A stretch of DNA of 62,123 nt, filler included, from Nemertoderma westbladi (taxonomy: Eukaryota > Animalia > Xenacoelomorpha): the NCBI GenBank assembly GCA_032718475.1. It is 3 parts of 3 records of this genome, joined end to end, with 100 filler letters (N's around TTAATTAATTAA, not from the genome) between each part and the next. Parts side by side here need not be neighbours in the genome. Positions count along the whole stretch, not along the records: positions 51,260 to 62,123 come from JAUCBJ010006155.1; 2 more parts are not named here. One strand, 5' to 3'. Below the pieces are notes generated by a model. That model was not told the DNA's origin. It saw nothing but the letters and a program-made list of their open reading frames with translations, and did not search any database. A program made the translations under genes and the position numbers. Each line of letters begins with the position of its first letter. The first letter of the stretch is position 1. This document shows positions 51,574 through 62,123 of the stretch, in pieces.

Positions 51574-52568
51574 AACGCAGTGGACATGGCTGTTGGCTAG
51601 TTTCAAGGCCAGAACAAATGTGGCGATTCTCTTATGGTAGAAATGAAATTGATGGTGAAGGCGAAGTTGGTCCCGGCAGTGAATATTTGATGGTAAGATC
51701 CATACATAATAACAAGTTGCTAACAGCAACATCAAGTGATAACTTACTCGCCAATACAGAAACAACTCTTACCACATCAGGAATGTTCAGAATGGGAATT
51801 GGTACAGGGGAAGAATATGGAACTGTGTCATTTGAGACTGCTCATGGCTTCTTTTGGGGGGCCGATCCAAATGGTTTAATGGAAGCCAACCGGTTTACTA
51901 CAAGTGGTGGTTGGGAATATTTCTTGGTGGAAATAAACGAAGAAGGGGATGAAATTGCCTTGATCCCCAAAAATCTTTTAACATATGTATCAGTAGTACC
52001 AGGTGGTACATTAACAGCTGCAACAAATATCTATGATGAAAGAGCTCGTTTTACAGGTTGGAAGAAAGGAAAAAGAGAAGATTGGGTGTTGCGCGATGGT
52101 TGGGTTAAAATCAAATCATTTGATAACAGTTTCTCGCCAATACCTCACACATTGCAGGCCTTTGTGCGTTTAGGAACTAGTATTACCAACAAAGACAAAT
52201 TTGTCAAACACTCAGATACCATCATATTAGATGCTGGAGAAGCAGGGGAAGAATTTGACAAGTTGTTTTCAACTTACAATAGCTCAATCGGTTATTCATG
52301 GGCAAATGCACCAGCTACAATATGGCAAGAGGAATTAATAGAATCGCGCAGTTGGACAATTGGACCTGGGAAATGTGTCCAATTGTATCAAGCTGTGGGG
52401 AGAAATGGTCCATTCAAGGTGAAGACGGATCACTTTAAGATCGAAGGTAATAATAACTGTGTTGATATTAGGTATTTATTTAATATTTATTATCTAACAT
52501 TAAAAAAGAAAATTCTAAGATGTGAGATGTGTCAAATCGAAGAGATGAGAAATTTAAATGATTATTAA
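51574..52568 (+). CDS. Large exon: fascin-like beta-trefoil followed by an aerolysin/lysenin-like beta domain
   Basis: Acceptor tctttttag|aa at 51573/51574; the open frame reads RSGHGCW...EQMWRF. Fascin-like repeats include VSFETAHGFFWGA...LMEANR...GGWEYF. The C-terminal part reads W.KIKSFDN...G.S.T...WTIGPGKCVQLYQAVG. Either it ends at the stop at 52568 or it splices at AAG|GTAATA (52446/52447). Confidence 0.65.
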
Positions 52569-52590
52569 TTAAGTACTAGGTGTAGAAATG

Positions 52591-54700
52591 TTCAATTCAA
52601 TTCAATATTCAATTCAATTCAATATTTTTTATTTCCCAAATGTTACGTACATACACAAATATTACATACACAAATATATACATACAGTTAAATTTGATAA
52701 TGCAATATTATATATAATTCGTAGAACTCTATTTGGGACTGGAGACCGCGGGTAGCTCTAGGGAGCTAGTGAGTCGCAGCCACCGCACCAGGTGGGGGGG
52801 GGGGGGGGGGGGGTGGTCTCTGCAAGCAAGCCTAAAATATATAATAAGATTAAAATGAAAGTATATGAATATTATAGCTAAGAATTGAATAGATGGTACA
52901 AATACTGTATTATAATTTAATTTGGGGGTGTAATTTAACATGGAGACATTTACATATTTTGTTTGGAAGAGTTTTAATATTTTGATTTAATGTATTCCAT
53001 ATTTGGAGACCGTTGTAACTTAGAGATTTTTGACCAACGTGGAGATTAAATCTGGGGATAAAATAATTACCAGAAGTTGCCGATCGTGTATTATATCTGT
53101 GAACTTCTGAAGAACTTTGGAAATATTTATTAAGCGGGGTTGATTGGTATTCACGTCGTACATCAATTTGGCAACCTCAAATGTATACAATTTATCCAGG
53201 GGAAGAAAATTAAGCTTTTTATATATTGGAGTTGCTGAATCTCGGTAGTGACTGAATGATATAGTTCTAATAATTTTATTTAATTACGTCCTGAGTGGTG
53301 TTAGAACATAACTAAATGAATTTCCCCATAATACAATGCCATTGGACAAATAAAAGTATGTACCAAAGAAAAATATATCATGCATAAAATATAAAGGGGG
53401 AATATATGTCTTATTTTATACAGTACACCGGCAGTCTTAGATATTTTTTTAATGATTACTTTGAGATGAGCCTTCCAATTTAGTTTGTTATCTATAAATA
53501 TACCCAAGAATTTTGCTGCGCTTACTTCCTTTATATTACAATCTTTAATTTTAACTTTTGGTAGAGATCTGTGTTCGGGTGATTGTCGGTTAAGGTTTGT
53601 TTTGTAAAGAGGCAGTACTCAGTTTTGGATATATTTATAGATAGTTTGTTATCTAGTAGACAATCAGATAAATCATTTAGGTTATCATTCATAGGTTATC
53701 ATATTGGTCAGTAAATTAGTTAAAGATTTTGAACTGTGTAAAAGAGTTGTATCGTCTGCAAATATATAATGTTGTAAAAATATCTACTGAATTGGGCAAA
53801 TCGTTGATGTGTAGCAGGAAAAGTAGTAGCCCTAGTAAACTTCCCTGTGGGATTCCGCAAGTGATATTATTTACAGATGAAATGCAATTACCGACAGTAA
53901 ATTACTGAGTTCTGCCACTTAAGTAGTTTGTAAAAAGATCAAGAGGTCGACTGTGGATACCGTAACAGGACAACTTATTTATGACTATGGCGTGATCTAG
54001 CGTGTCAAACGCCTTTTTTAAATCATTATACACTACGCAACACGATGAACCTGAGTCTAAATGTTGTCTAAGATTTTCAACTATGCTAAGTATGGCTGCT
54101 GTTGTTGTAAGTTTTTTCCTAAAGCCGAATTGATTTGGTTAAAGAATACTAAAATACCTGATGTAACCTAATAACTGTGAATAAATAATGCGCTAATATA
54201 TTTTACTGAAAATTGGTAATATAGTGATAGGTCGGTAATTGTTTGAGTCTGATAGGCTGCCTCCTTTGTAAACAGGAATTACTCTTGCAACTTTTAGCCG
54301 ATCAGGGAAAAAACCACCCGTAATTGATAGATTTATTAAAAATGATAAATGATATGATAGTAATTCTGCAGAGATATTTACAGGATCGGTAGGAAATTTA
54401 TCGTTAGTAGATCAACGGGAATCTAACTGTAGCAGATGGTATTGTACTTCTACCGGAGTTGTCTTTATTAAAGCAAATGAATTTGGCCTGTTGTGACGTA
54501 TATTGCGGGTGGGACTTCTGGGAGAATGGGGAATGGCTTTGGCTAATGAGGAGTCTATAGTAGAGAAAAGAGTATTGAGTGCGCCTGCTATCAGTGATGG
54601 ATCTGTAATAATATGTTCGCCGCTAGGGGTTTTATTTTTAATTGTTTTGGAACTGCCAGCTTGCCTGCCAGGAACTTTTGACGTTCTTATAACTAAGGCC
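52591..54700 (-). mobile_element. Degenerate CR1/L2-group LINE with 3' UTR and (TTGAA)n tail
   Basis: Minus-strand fragments NYRPITIL, QFGFR, KAFDTLDH, GIPQGSLLG, ADDTT and FLGIFIDNKLNW. ttcaa repeats lie at 52591-52625. Confidence 0.85.
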
Positions 54701-54849
54701 ATCAGATGTTTTTTGTGCCAAAGTCTGAAACGACCGTACTTAGTACAGAATTCTGAGATGAATCTAATTCCCAGAAAAATGATAACCATAATGCATTGCG
54801 CTAGTTTCCTCAGTTAGGTCTCTACTGGCATAACGGGGAAGATTGCTCT

Positions 54850-56115
54850 GATTGGCTGAATAAGCCTGAACAAAGAAACCTCCACGTACACAAAGAATCA
54901 GCTGACAGATTTCGTCATCTTGGTTCTAATTTCTTTCCGATGCGTAGTTGAACAATTTTAGGGCTATTTTAGAGTATTTTGCTCATTGCGTAAAAATGAC
55001 TAGTTATGTCCGCAAAAGCTTTTACAATATTTGTTGTACCCCCACTCGATAGGAACGTAGCCCCAATGGTCTTCTACGAGTTTCAAAAAAGAATTAGTGG
55101 AATCCTACCTGCGTTGTCAAATTAAACATTTCGGAAATAAAATTTCGAAAAAAGACGGACAAAAACGTACAAATTTACGGCCCCTTTTTCCACCAGAAAT
55201 TTTAATAAATCTCTTACCCCCATTCGATACGAAGGTAGTACCACTCTTCCCCTTTCCAACCGCGTTACTTTCGTCCCCGTACGATTAATATTAGCCGAGT
55301 TATAGCGGATCCCGCAAAGTCATTTTGTCCGTTTTTTCAACTTTGACGGGCATTTTCGGAAAAAAGGCGTGGTAATCTTTTTTGAAAAAAAAAACGAATT
55401 CACTAATTAATCCCTTCTATCGTATCCCGGCGTCGGCTAAGCCATAACCTAGGGTTTTTTCGAGCTACTGTAGAGCGCCTTTCAAAAAAATTTTAAAATT
55501 GTCGAAAAAATGACGGATTTTTGTCCGCCGTGTCCGTCGAAGGGTTAGATTTAATAATGTTAGAGTTGCAAATATCTTAGAAGATACGATACGAAGGTAG
55601 ACCCACTCGTCATCATTGCAACCGCGTTACTTTCGTTCCCGTACGATAAATAGTAGCCGAGTTATTATGGATCTCGCAAAGTCATTTTGTACGTTTTTTC
55701 AACTTTGACGGACAATAGACGGAAAACAAGCCCGGAGGTGGGGTATTCCAAGAAGTGGAAACGTCTAATTTAGACCCCCTCTTTCGATTCTCAGTGTCTC
55801 TGGATGCGTCAAATAGAGGTTTTTTAAGAGTCCTAGTGAAAAAAAGACAAAAAACCAGACAATTGTCCGTCATGTCCGTCAAAACGATAGATTCGCTAAA
55901 AGCTCTGAAGAATCTTATTTTTTTGGCATTACGCATCCCCCCTCGAAAAATCAAGAAAATCGTACCTCTGGAAATAGGTCGAATGGGGGGGAACACCGTT
56001 TTCGCAGTAACTACGCGTCCAGTATGTAGACTGCGTCCTTTGTAGGGGCGGCGAATTCACCTCACTCAACGCCGCCCTTACTGAATTTAAAAAATATTTC
56101 TTCCCACCCAGCAAA
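54850..56115. mobile_element. Non-coding interspersed repeat with an internal ~365-bp duplication
   Basis: cgatacgaaggtag...caaccgcgttactttcgt.cccgtacgat...cgcaaagtcattttgt occurs at ~55226 and ~55587. Boundaries are approximate. Confidence 0.5.
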
Positions 56116-56328
56116 TTTATATAAAATCAAGGGTCGCAATTGTCTGGACATCGAGCAGAATATCTATTTACTTATACTTCCCTCCTGTTTCACTCTAACA
56201 TACTTAACATACTTTACCGGTGACACACTTCCTAATTTTTCCCATTTCTGGACAACATTAATATCACATAATTAATTACAGTTGCATTAACTAACAGCTC
56301 TACTCCAATTCATATAATTATTATTTAG

Positions 56329-56561
56329 AGAATTTAGCTTTGCGTAAGAAAACAGGACAGGACAGTGTGACTGATGGGGGAGTGTCTGATCGAGCTGTTG
56401 ATGGTAACATTGACGGCAGATGGAACCGAGATTCCTGTTCTCAATCTGACAACGAAGCACCTCAATATGTCTGGGTTGACTTAGAAATCGTAGCATTGGT
56501 TAATACAGTGGAAATATATAACCGGAAGGATTGCTGCTCCCACATGATAGCTGGATCCCGG
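56329..56561 (+). CDS. Internal exon encoding the N-terminal part of an F-type lectin (FTP/fucolectin) domain
   Basis: Acceptor ttatttag|ag and donor cgg|gtttgt. The translation is NLALRK..GQ.S...RAVDGN...CSQS....WVDL....V..V.IYNRKDCC. Confidence 0.85.
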
Positions 56562-56821
56562 GTTTGTTTTTAAATTAATTATATTAGCATAATAGGTTTG
56601 CGACAATATATAATAATATCACTAGAGTTCTAGAGTAGAATAGAATAGAAACCTGCCTACAGTATATTTTTAGCACTTTACGGTACAGCAGTACGCCACA
56701 ATATCGAATGTGGAGGCGACGTGATGGAGCTCCAAGGCGACTTGATGGATCTCCAAGTGTCGTTCGTTTCTTTTTCAATAAATTTTATTATTGATTATTT
56801 ATTTTTTTGATTATCATTTTT

Positions 56822-57300
56822 AGTTTTTGTTCAGTGTATCATCATCATCTTCATCGTCCATATCTATGCTTTCCTTTTGTTGCTTGCCAAAAAGTAGATC
56901 TTTATAGATCTACTCTGGTAGGATCGTCTTTACTTCTCCAGCAGTGCCCACTGAATCTTAATCTAGGTTCACGGGGCATGATTGATTCAGGTGGTATTGT
57001 ACCATAATACTCAGCGTTTGTCATGTTTTGTCTCCAGCTGTTATTTAGGGATGCCTTTAGTAGTCTTGTGTAGCAACCATCAATTCGTTGTTGAAGTGAT
57101 TTGGTCAGTGTCCAGGTCTCACTCGCGTATTAAAGAACACTTTCTTGTACACTTCACTTACACCTCAGGTGCCTGGGGAGATCTGATTTCCAGATGGTAT
57201 CCATTTTTGATAGAGCTACCCAAGCCTTTGCTTTCCTAACTTCTATGTCTTTGCGACTCTCTATCCATGACGAAAGGGACTGGAAGTCGTCAACCTTCCT
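56822..57300 (-). mobile_element. RTE family B 3' fragment, degenerate
   Basis: Reverse-complement similarity to ~37025-37560 (e.g. gttaggaaagcaaaggcttgggtagctctatcaaaaa), with deletions. Confidence 0.85.
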
Positions 57301-57324
57301 TGTTGATTATTTCCTATATTCCTT

Positions 57325-57985
57325 GCAGATCAGTATACGATGGTTCTACAACATTTGTATCTACTGTTGACGGTGACACAGAACCATTTGAAGTGTTATG
57401 TAGCGTCCTCCAGGGAGACCCACTTGCACCATTCTTGTTCATAATCGTAGTGACTATGTTCTATGCATGTCCTTAGATCATCATAATGATGATGGGGTGA
57501 TGGTAGATCCTCCAACTGGCTCCAGAACTCGAGGAAATCCTGTGAAGTCCCTAACTGATCTGGGCTTTGCTGATGACTTAGGAGCACTTGCAGAATCACT
57601 AGAGGGAGTCCAACGGCTCCTCAGCTCATTAGATCAGGCTGCTTCTAGTGTTAGTCTTTTTATTTACTCCAAAAAGACCAAAATTTTGATAGTTAACCTT
57701 GAAAGTCCTCAGCAAGTCTCTGACAGGATGAGCATAAGCTCATAGGATGGTATGCTTGAGCATGTGGACGTCTTCTGTTACCTGGGATCATGGATCCAAA
57801 AGTCAGATGAGGACCTTCGAATATGTTAGGGAAAGGCATGGGCAGCCTTGAATGGGCTATCCAGGATTTGGAAGTCACACAGAATTCATCGGAAACTTAA
57901 GGTCAGATTATTTAGAGCAGCATTAGTTCCAGTACTCATCTATGGGAGTCCATGCTGGGCTCTAACTGCTGAGGACACCAAATCC
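57325..57985 (+). mobile_element. RTE family A RT fragment
   Basis: Highly similar to the reverse complement of 2810-3470 (RSVYDGSTTFVSTVDGDTEPFEVL...FADDLG). Confidence 0.9.
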
Positions 57986-58985
57986 TTATAAAAATACAAT
58001 CCCCACTGTAGCTCGAAAGAACACAGTCTTCAGGTGCCTGGAGAGATCTGATTTCCAGATGGTATCCATTTTTGATAGAGCTACGCAAGCCTTTGCCTTC
58101 CTAACTTCTATGTCATTTTTGCTACTCTCTATCCATGATCCTAGGTACTGGAAGTCGTCGACCTCCCTTAGTTGATTATTAGCAATGGTTGTCAAGTTTC
58201 CATCAACATTAAAGGTCATGAATTCGTTATTGGTAGCATTTATATGCAATCCAACCTCCTTAGCAGCCCTCTCCACTTTATTTAGTAGAAGCTGTGCATC
58301 TGTTACCATATTAAAGAGCAGGGCGATGTCATCCGCGAAGTCGGTGTCTGCGACTGTAGTTGCCGGAGATCTACCACTTCTGCGTTCTTGGAGTATGAAT
58401 CCCAGATCTTCACCCTTTGTGGCCGTCCTCATTGCGTAATCCAGCACAATTACAAATATTAATGGTGCTAATGTGCCACCTTGCAGTACGCTAGCCATGA
58501 TTGAGAAAAACTCAGTTTCACCATCTGGCGAGAGTACCAGTGCTTCTGTGTCACAATATAACAATCCAATGCCAGCAACAATTACTTCTGGTATTCCATA
58601 AGCTCTTAGGATTTCAAGCATTTTACCTCTATGGATGGAGTCGAATGCCTTCTTGAAGTCCACAAAAGTCATGTCTGCGGGTATCTGAGCTATTGTTGAT
58701 CTATTTGGTTTAAACCCGTTTTGGCTCTTACACCTGTTTTCCATACCTCTGCGGGGATTTCGTCTAATCCACTCGCTTTATGATTGGACAATTGACATGC
58801 TTTTAATCCTTCTTTGGATTAATCTTTTAATCCTTCTTTGTCATATATTTTCCTTGTACTGTAGGGCTAACATCGATGTTTGGTGGTTGCCCATTTGCCC
58901 CAGCAAGTTGCTGAAGTGATCTTTACATTTCCCAACACATTATTCAAGCAGGACTATAAGCTTTGAGGCGCCCCTTAGCACAACT
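57986..58985 (-). mobile_element. RTE family B RT fragment with internal deletions
   Basis: ORF 57986..58744 is nearly identical to the protein encoded at ~36420-37210. Confidence 0.92.
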
Positions 58986-59482
58986 TTGTTTCGTTATTAT
59001 TTTGACTAGTGAAACCTATGTACAAACGAAAAATCTTATGTATTTTTTATGGTAGCTGTGTTTTTTTTATTAGCTAGTATTTTTTGAAAATAAAAAAAAA
59101 TCATATTTTTTTTGAGTGTTTTTTAATATTTGTGAATGTTCTAGAACCTTAGTAGATTTTTTTATGGTAGTTAGTATTTTTTGAAAATTATTTTGGTCAT
59201 TAATATATTCTGCAACACTTTAAACCTGAAATATCCATGTTTTAAGATTTTTTTTATAATTTCAAAAAATACTAGCTATCAAAAAACACTAGCTATCAAA
59301 AAACACTAGGTATCGTAAAAAACATATCTACTAATGTTATAGTATATTTCACCAATATAAAAAGAGCATTAAAAAAATAATATATTCTGGAATTTCAGTG
59401 ATATAAAATATTACTGAATAAAAGAAAATGTAGATGTTTTTTTCGTAATACTACTCTTCTTTTGGGGCTGGTGGCTATTTTC

Positions 59483-62123
59483 CGGGGGGGTGTAATGTTC
59501 GGGGGGCTACTGTTCGGGGGGCTACTGTTCGGGGGGCTACTGTCCGGGGGGCTACTGTCCGGGGGGCTACTGTCCGTCCGGGGGCTACTGTTCGGGGGGC
59601 TACTGTCCGGGGGGCTACTGTCCGGGGGGCTACTGTCCGGGGGGCTACTGTCCGGGGGGCTACTGTCCGGGGGGCTACTGTCCGGGGGGCTACTGTCCGG
59701 GGGGCTACTGTCCGGGGTCTACTGTCCGGGGGGCTACTGTCCGGAGGGCTACTGTCCGGGTGGCTACTGTCCGGGGGGCTACTGTCCGGGGGGCTACTGT
59801 CCGGGGGGCTACTGTCCGGGGGGCTACTGTCCGGGGGGCTACTGTCCGGGGGGCTACTGTCCGGGGGGCTACTGTCCGGGGGGCTACTGTCCGGGGGGCT
59901 ACTGTCCGGGGGGCTACTGTCCGGGGGTCTACTGTCCGGGGGGCTACTGTCCGGGGGGCTACTGTCCGGGGGGCTACTGTCCGGGGGGCTACTGTCCGGG
60001 GGGCTACTGTCCGGGGGGCTACTGTCCGGGGGGCTACTGTCCGGGGGGCTACTGTCCGGGGGGCTACTGTCCGGGGGGCTACTGTCCGGGGGGCTACTGT
60101 CCGGGGGGCTACTGTCCGGGGGGCTACTGTCCGGGGGGCTACTGTCCGGGGGGCTACTGTCCGGGGGGCTACTGTCCGGGGGGCTACTGTCCGGGGGGCT
60201 ACTGTCCGGGGGGCTACTGTCCGGGGGGCTACTGTCCGGGGGGCTACTGTCCGGGGGGCTACTGTCCGGGGGGCTACTGTCCGGGGGGCTACTGTCCGGG
60301 GGGCTACTGTCCGGGGGGCTACTGTCCGGGGGGCTACTGTCCGGGGGGCTACTGTCCGGGGGGCTACTGTCCGGGGGGCTACTGTCCGGGGGGCTACTGT
60401 CCGGGGGGCTACTGTCCGGGGGGCTACTGTCCGGGGGGCTACTGTCCGGGGGGCTACTGTCCGGGGGGCTACTGTCCGGGGGGCTACTGTCCGGGGGGCT
60501 ACTGTCCGGGGGGCTACTGTCCGGGGGGCTACTGTCCGGGGGGCTACTGTCCGGGGGGCTACTGTCCGGGGGGCTACTGTCCGGGGGGCTACTGTCCGGG
60601 GGGCTACTGTCCGGGGGGCTACTGTCCGGGGGGCTACTGTCCGGGGGGCTACTGTCCGGGGGGCTACTGTCCGGGGGGCTACTGTCCGGGGGGCTACTGT
60701 CCGGGGGGCTACTGTCCGGGGGGCTACTGTCCGGGGGGCTACTGTCCGGGGGGCTACTGTCCGGGGGGCTACTGTCCGGGGGGCTACTGTCCGGGGGGCT
60801 ACTGTCCGGGGGGCTACTGTCCGGGGGGCTACTGTCCGGGGGGCTACTGTCCGGGGGGCTACTGTCCGGGGGGCTACTGTCCGGGGGGCTACTGTCCGGG
60901 GGGCTACTGTCCGGGGGGCTACTGTCCGGGGGGCTACTGTCCGGGGGGCTACTGTCCGGGGGGCTACTGTCCGGGGGGCTACTGTCCGGGGGGCTACTGT
61001 CCGGGGGGCTACTGTCCGGGGGGCTACTGTCCGGGGGGCTACTGTCCGGGGGGCTACTGTCCGGGGGGCTACTGTCCGGGGGGCTACTGTCCGGGGGGCT
61101 ACTGTCCGGGGGGCTACTGTCCGGGGGGCTACTGTCCGGGGGGCTACTGTCCGGGGGGCTACTGTCCGGGGGGCTACTGTCCGGGGGGCTACTGTCCGGG
61201 GGGCTACTGTCCGGGGGGCTACTGTCCGGGGGGCTACTGTCCGGGGGGCTACTGTCCGGGGGGCTACTGTCCGGGGGGCTACTGTCCGGGGGGCTACTGT
61301 CCGGGGGGCTACTGTCCGGGGGGCTACTGTCCGGGGGGCTACTGTCCGGGGGGCTACTGTCCGGGGGGCTACTGTCCGGGGGGCTACTGTCCGGGGGCTA
61401 CTGTCCGGGGGGCTACTGTCCGGGGGGCTACTGTCCGGGGGGCTACTGTCCGGGGGGCTACTGTCCGGGGGGCTACTGTCCGGGGGGCTACTGTCCGGGG
61501 GGCTACTGTCCGGGGGGCTACTGTCCGGGGGGCTACTGTCCGCAGGGCTACTGTCCGGGGGGCTACTGTCCGGGGGGCTACTGTCCGGGGGGCTACTGTC
61601 CGGGGGGCTACTGTCCGGGGGGCTACTGTCCGGGGGGCTACTGTCCGGGGGGCTACTGTCCGGGGGGCTACTGTCCGGGGGGCTACTGTCCGGGGGGCTA
61701 CTGTCCGGGGGGCTACTGTCCGGGGGGCTACTGTCCGGGGGGCTACTGTCCGGGGGGCTACTGTCCGGGGGGCTACTGTCCGGGGGGCTACTGTCCGGGG
61801 GGCTACTGTCCGGGGGGCTACTGTCCGGGGGGCTACTGTCCGGGGGGCTACTGTCCGGGGGCTACTGTCCGGGGGGCTACTGTCCGGGGGGCTACTGTCC
61901 GGGGGGCTACTGTCCGGGGGGCTACTGTCCGGGGGGCTACTGTCCGGGGGTCTACTGTCCGGGGGGCTACTGTCCGGGGGGCTACTGTCCGGGGGCTACT
62001 GTCCGGGGGCTACTGTCCGGGGGGCTACTGTCCGGGGGGCTACTGTCCGGGGGGCTACTGTCCGGGGGGCTACTGTCCGGGGGGCTACTGTCCGGGGGGC
62101 TACTGTCCGGGGGGCTACTGTCC
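59483..62123. repeat. 15-bp G-rich minisatellite (GGGGGGCTACTGTCC)n, >170 copies, runs off the window end
   Basis: Directly visible. The left edge is degenerate and the interior is homogeneous. Confidence 0.97.

Overview
AT-rich, repeat-dense DNA from an animal genome, probably a bilaterian invertebrate (GT-AG introns, CTCF-like motifs, animal LINE clades). It consists of three contigs joined by artificial 100-nt N/TTAATTAATTAA linkers (29041-29140, 51160-51259). Most of the window is transposable elements: RTE LINEs (one near full length with a TSD), CR1/L2-group LINE relics, a CRE-clade RLE retrotransposon sitting in the centre of a foldback element, BEL/Pao, Kolobok, Sola and MULE relics, several MITEs, Helentron-associated-like elements with tandem CTCF-like motifs, and two long minisatellites. 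Host-type genes are an intronless monoamine oxidase with one frameshift and exons of a putative fascin-like trefoil / aerolysin-lysenin-like / F-type lectin protein. The best candidate for an undescribed system is 13.7-17.9 kb. There, a ~750-codon spliced gene for a DUF6589-like putative DDE recombinase with RAG1/Transib-like motif order lies tail-to-tail with a ~265-codon PHD-finger gene. This RAG1/RAG2-like two-gene layout has one nonsense codon in each gene. All family assignments are from motif recognition by eye; no database searches were run.
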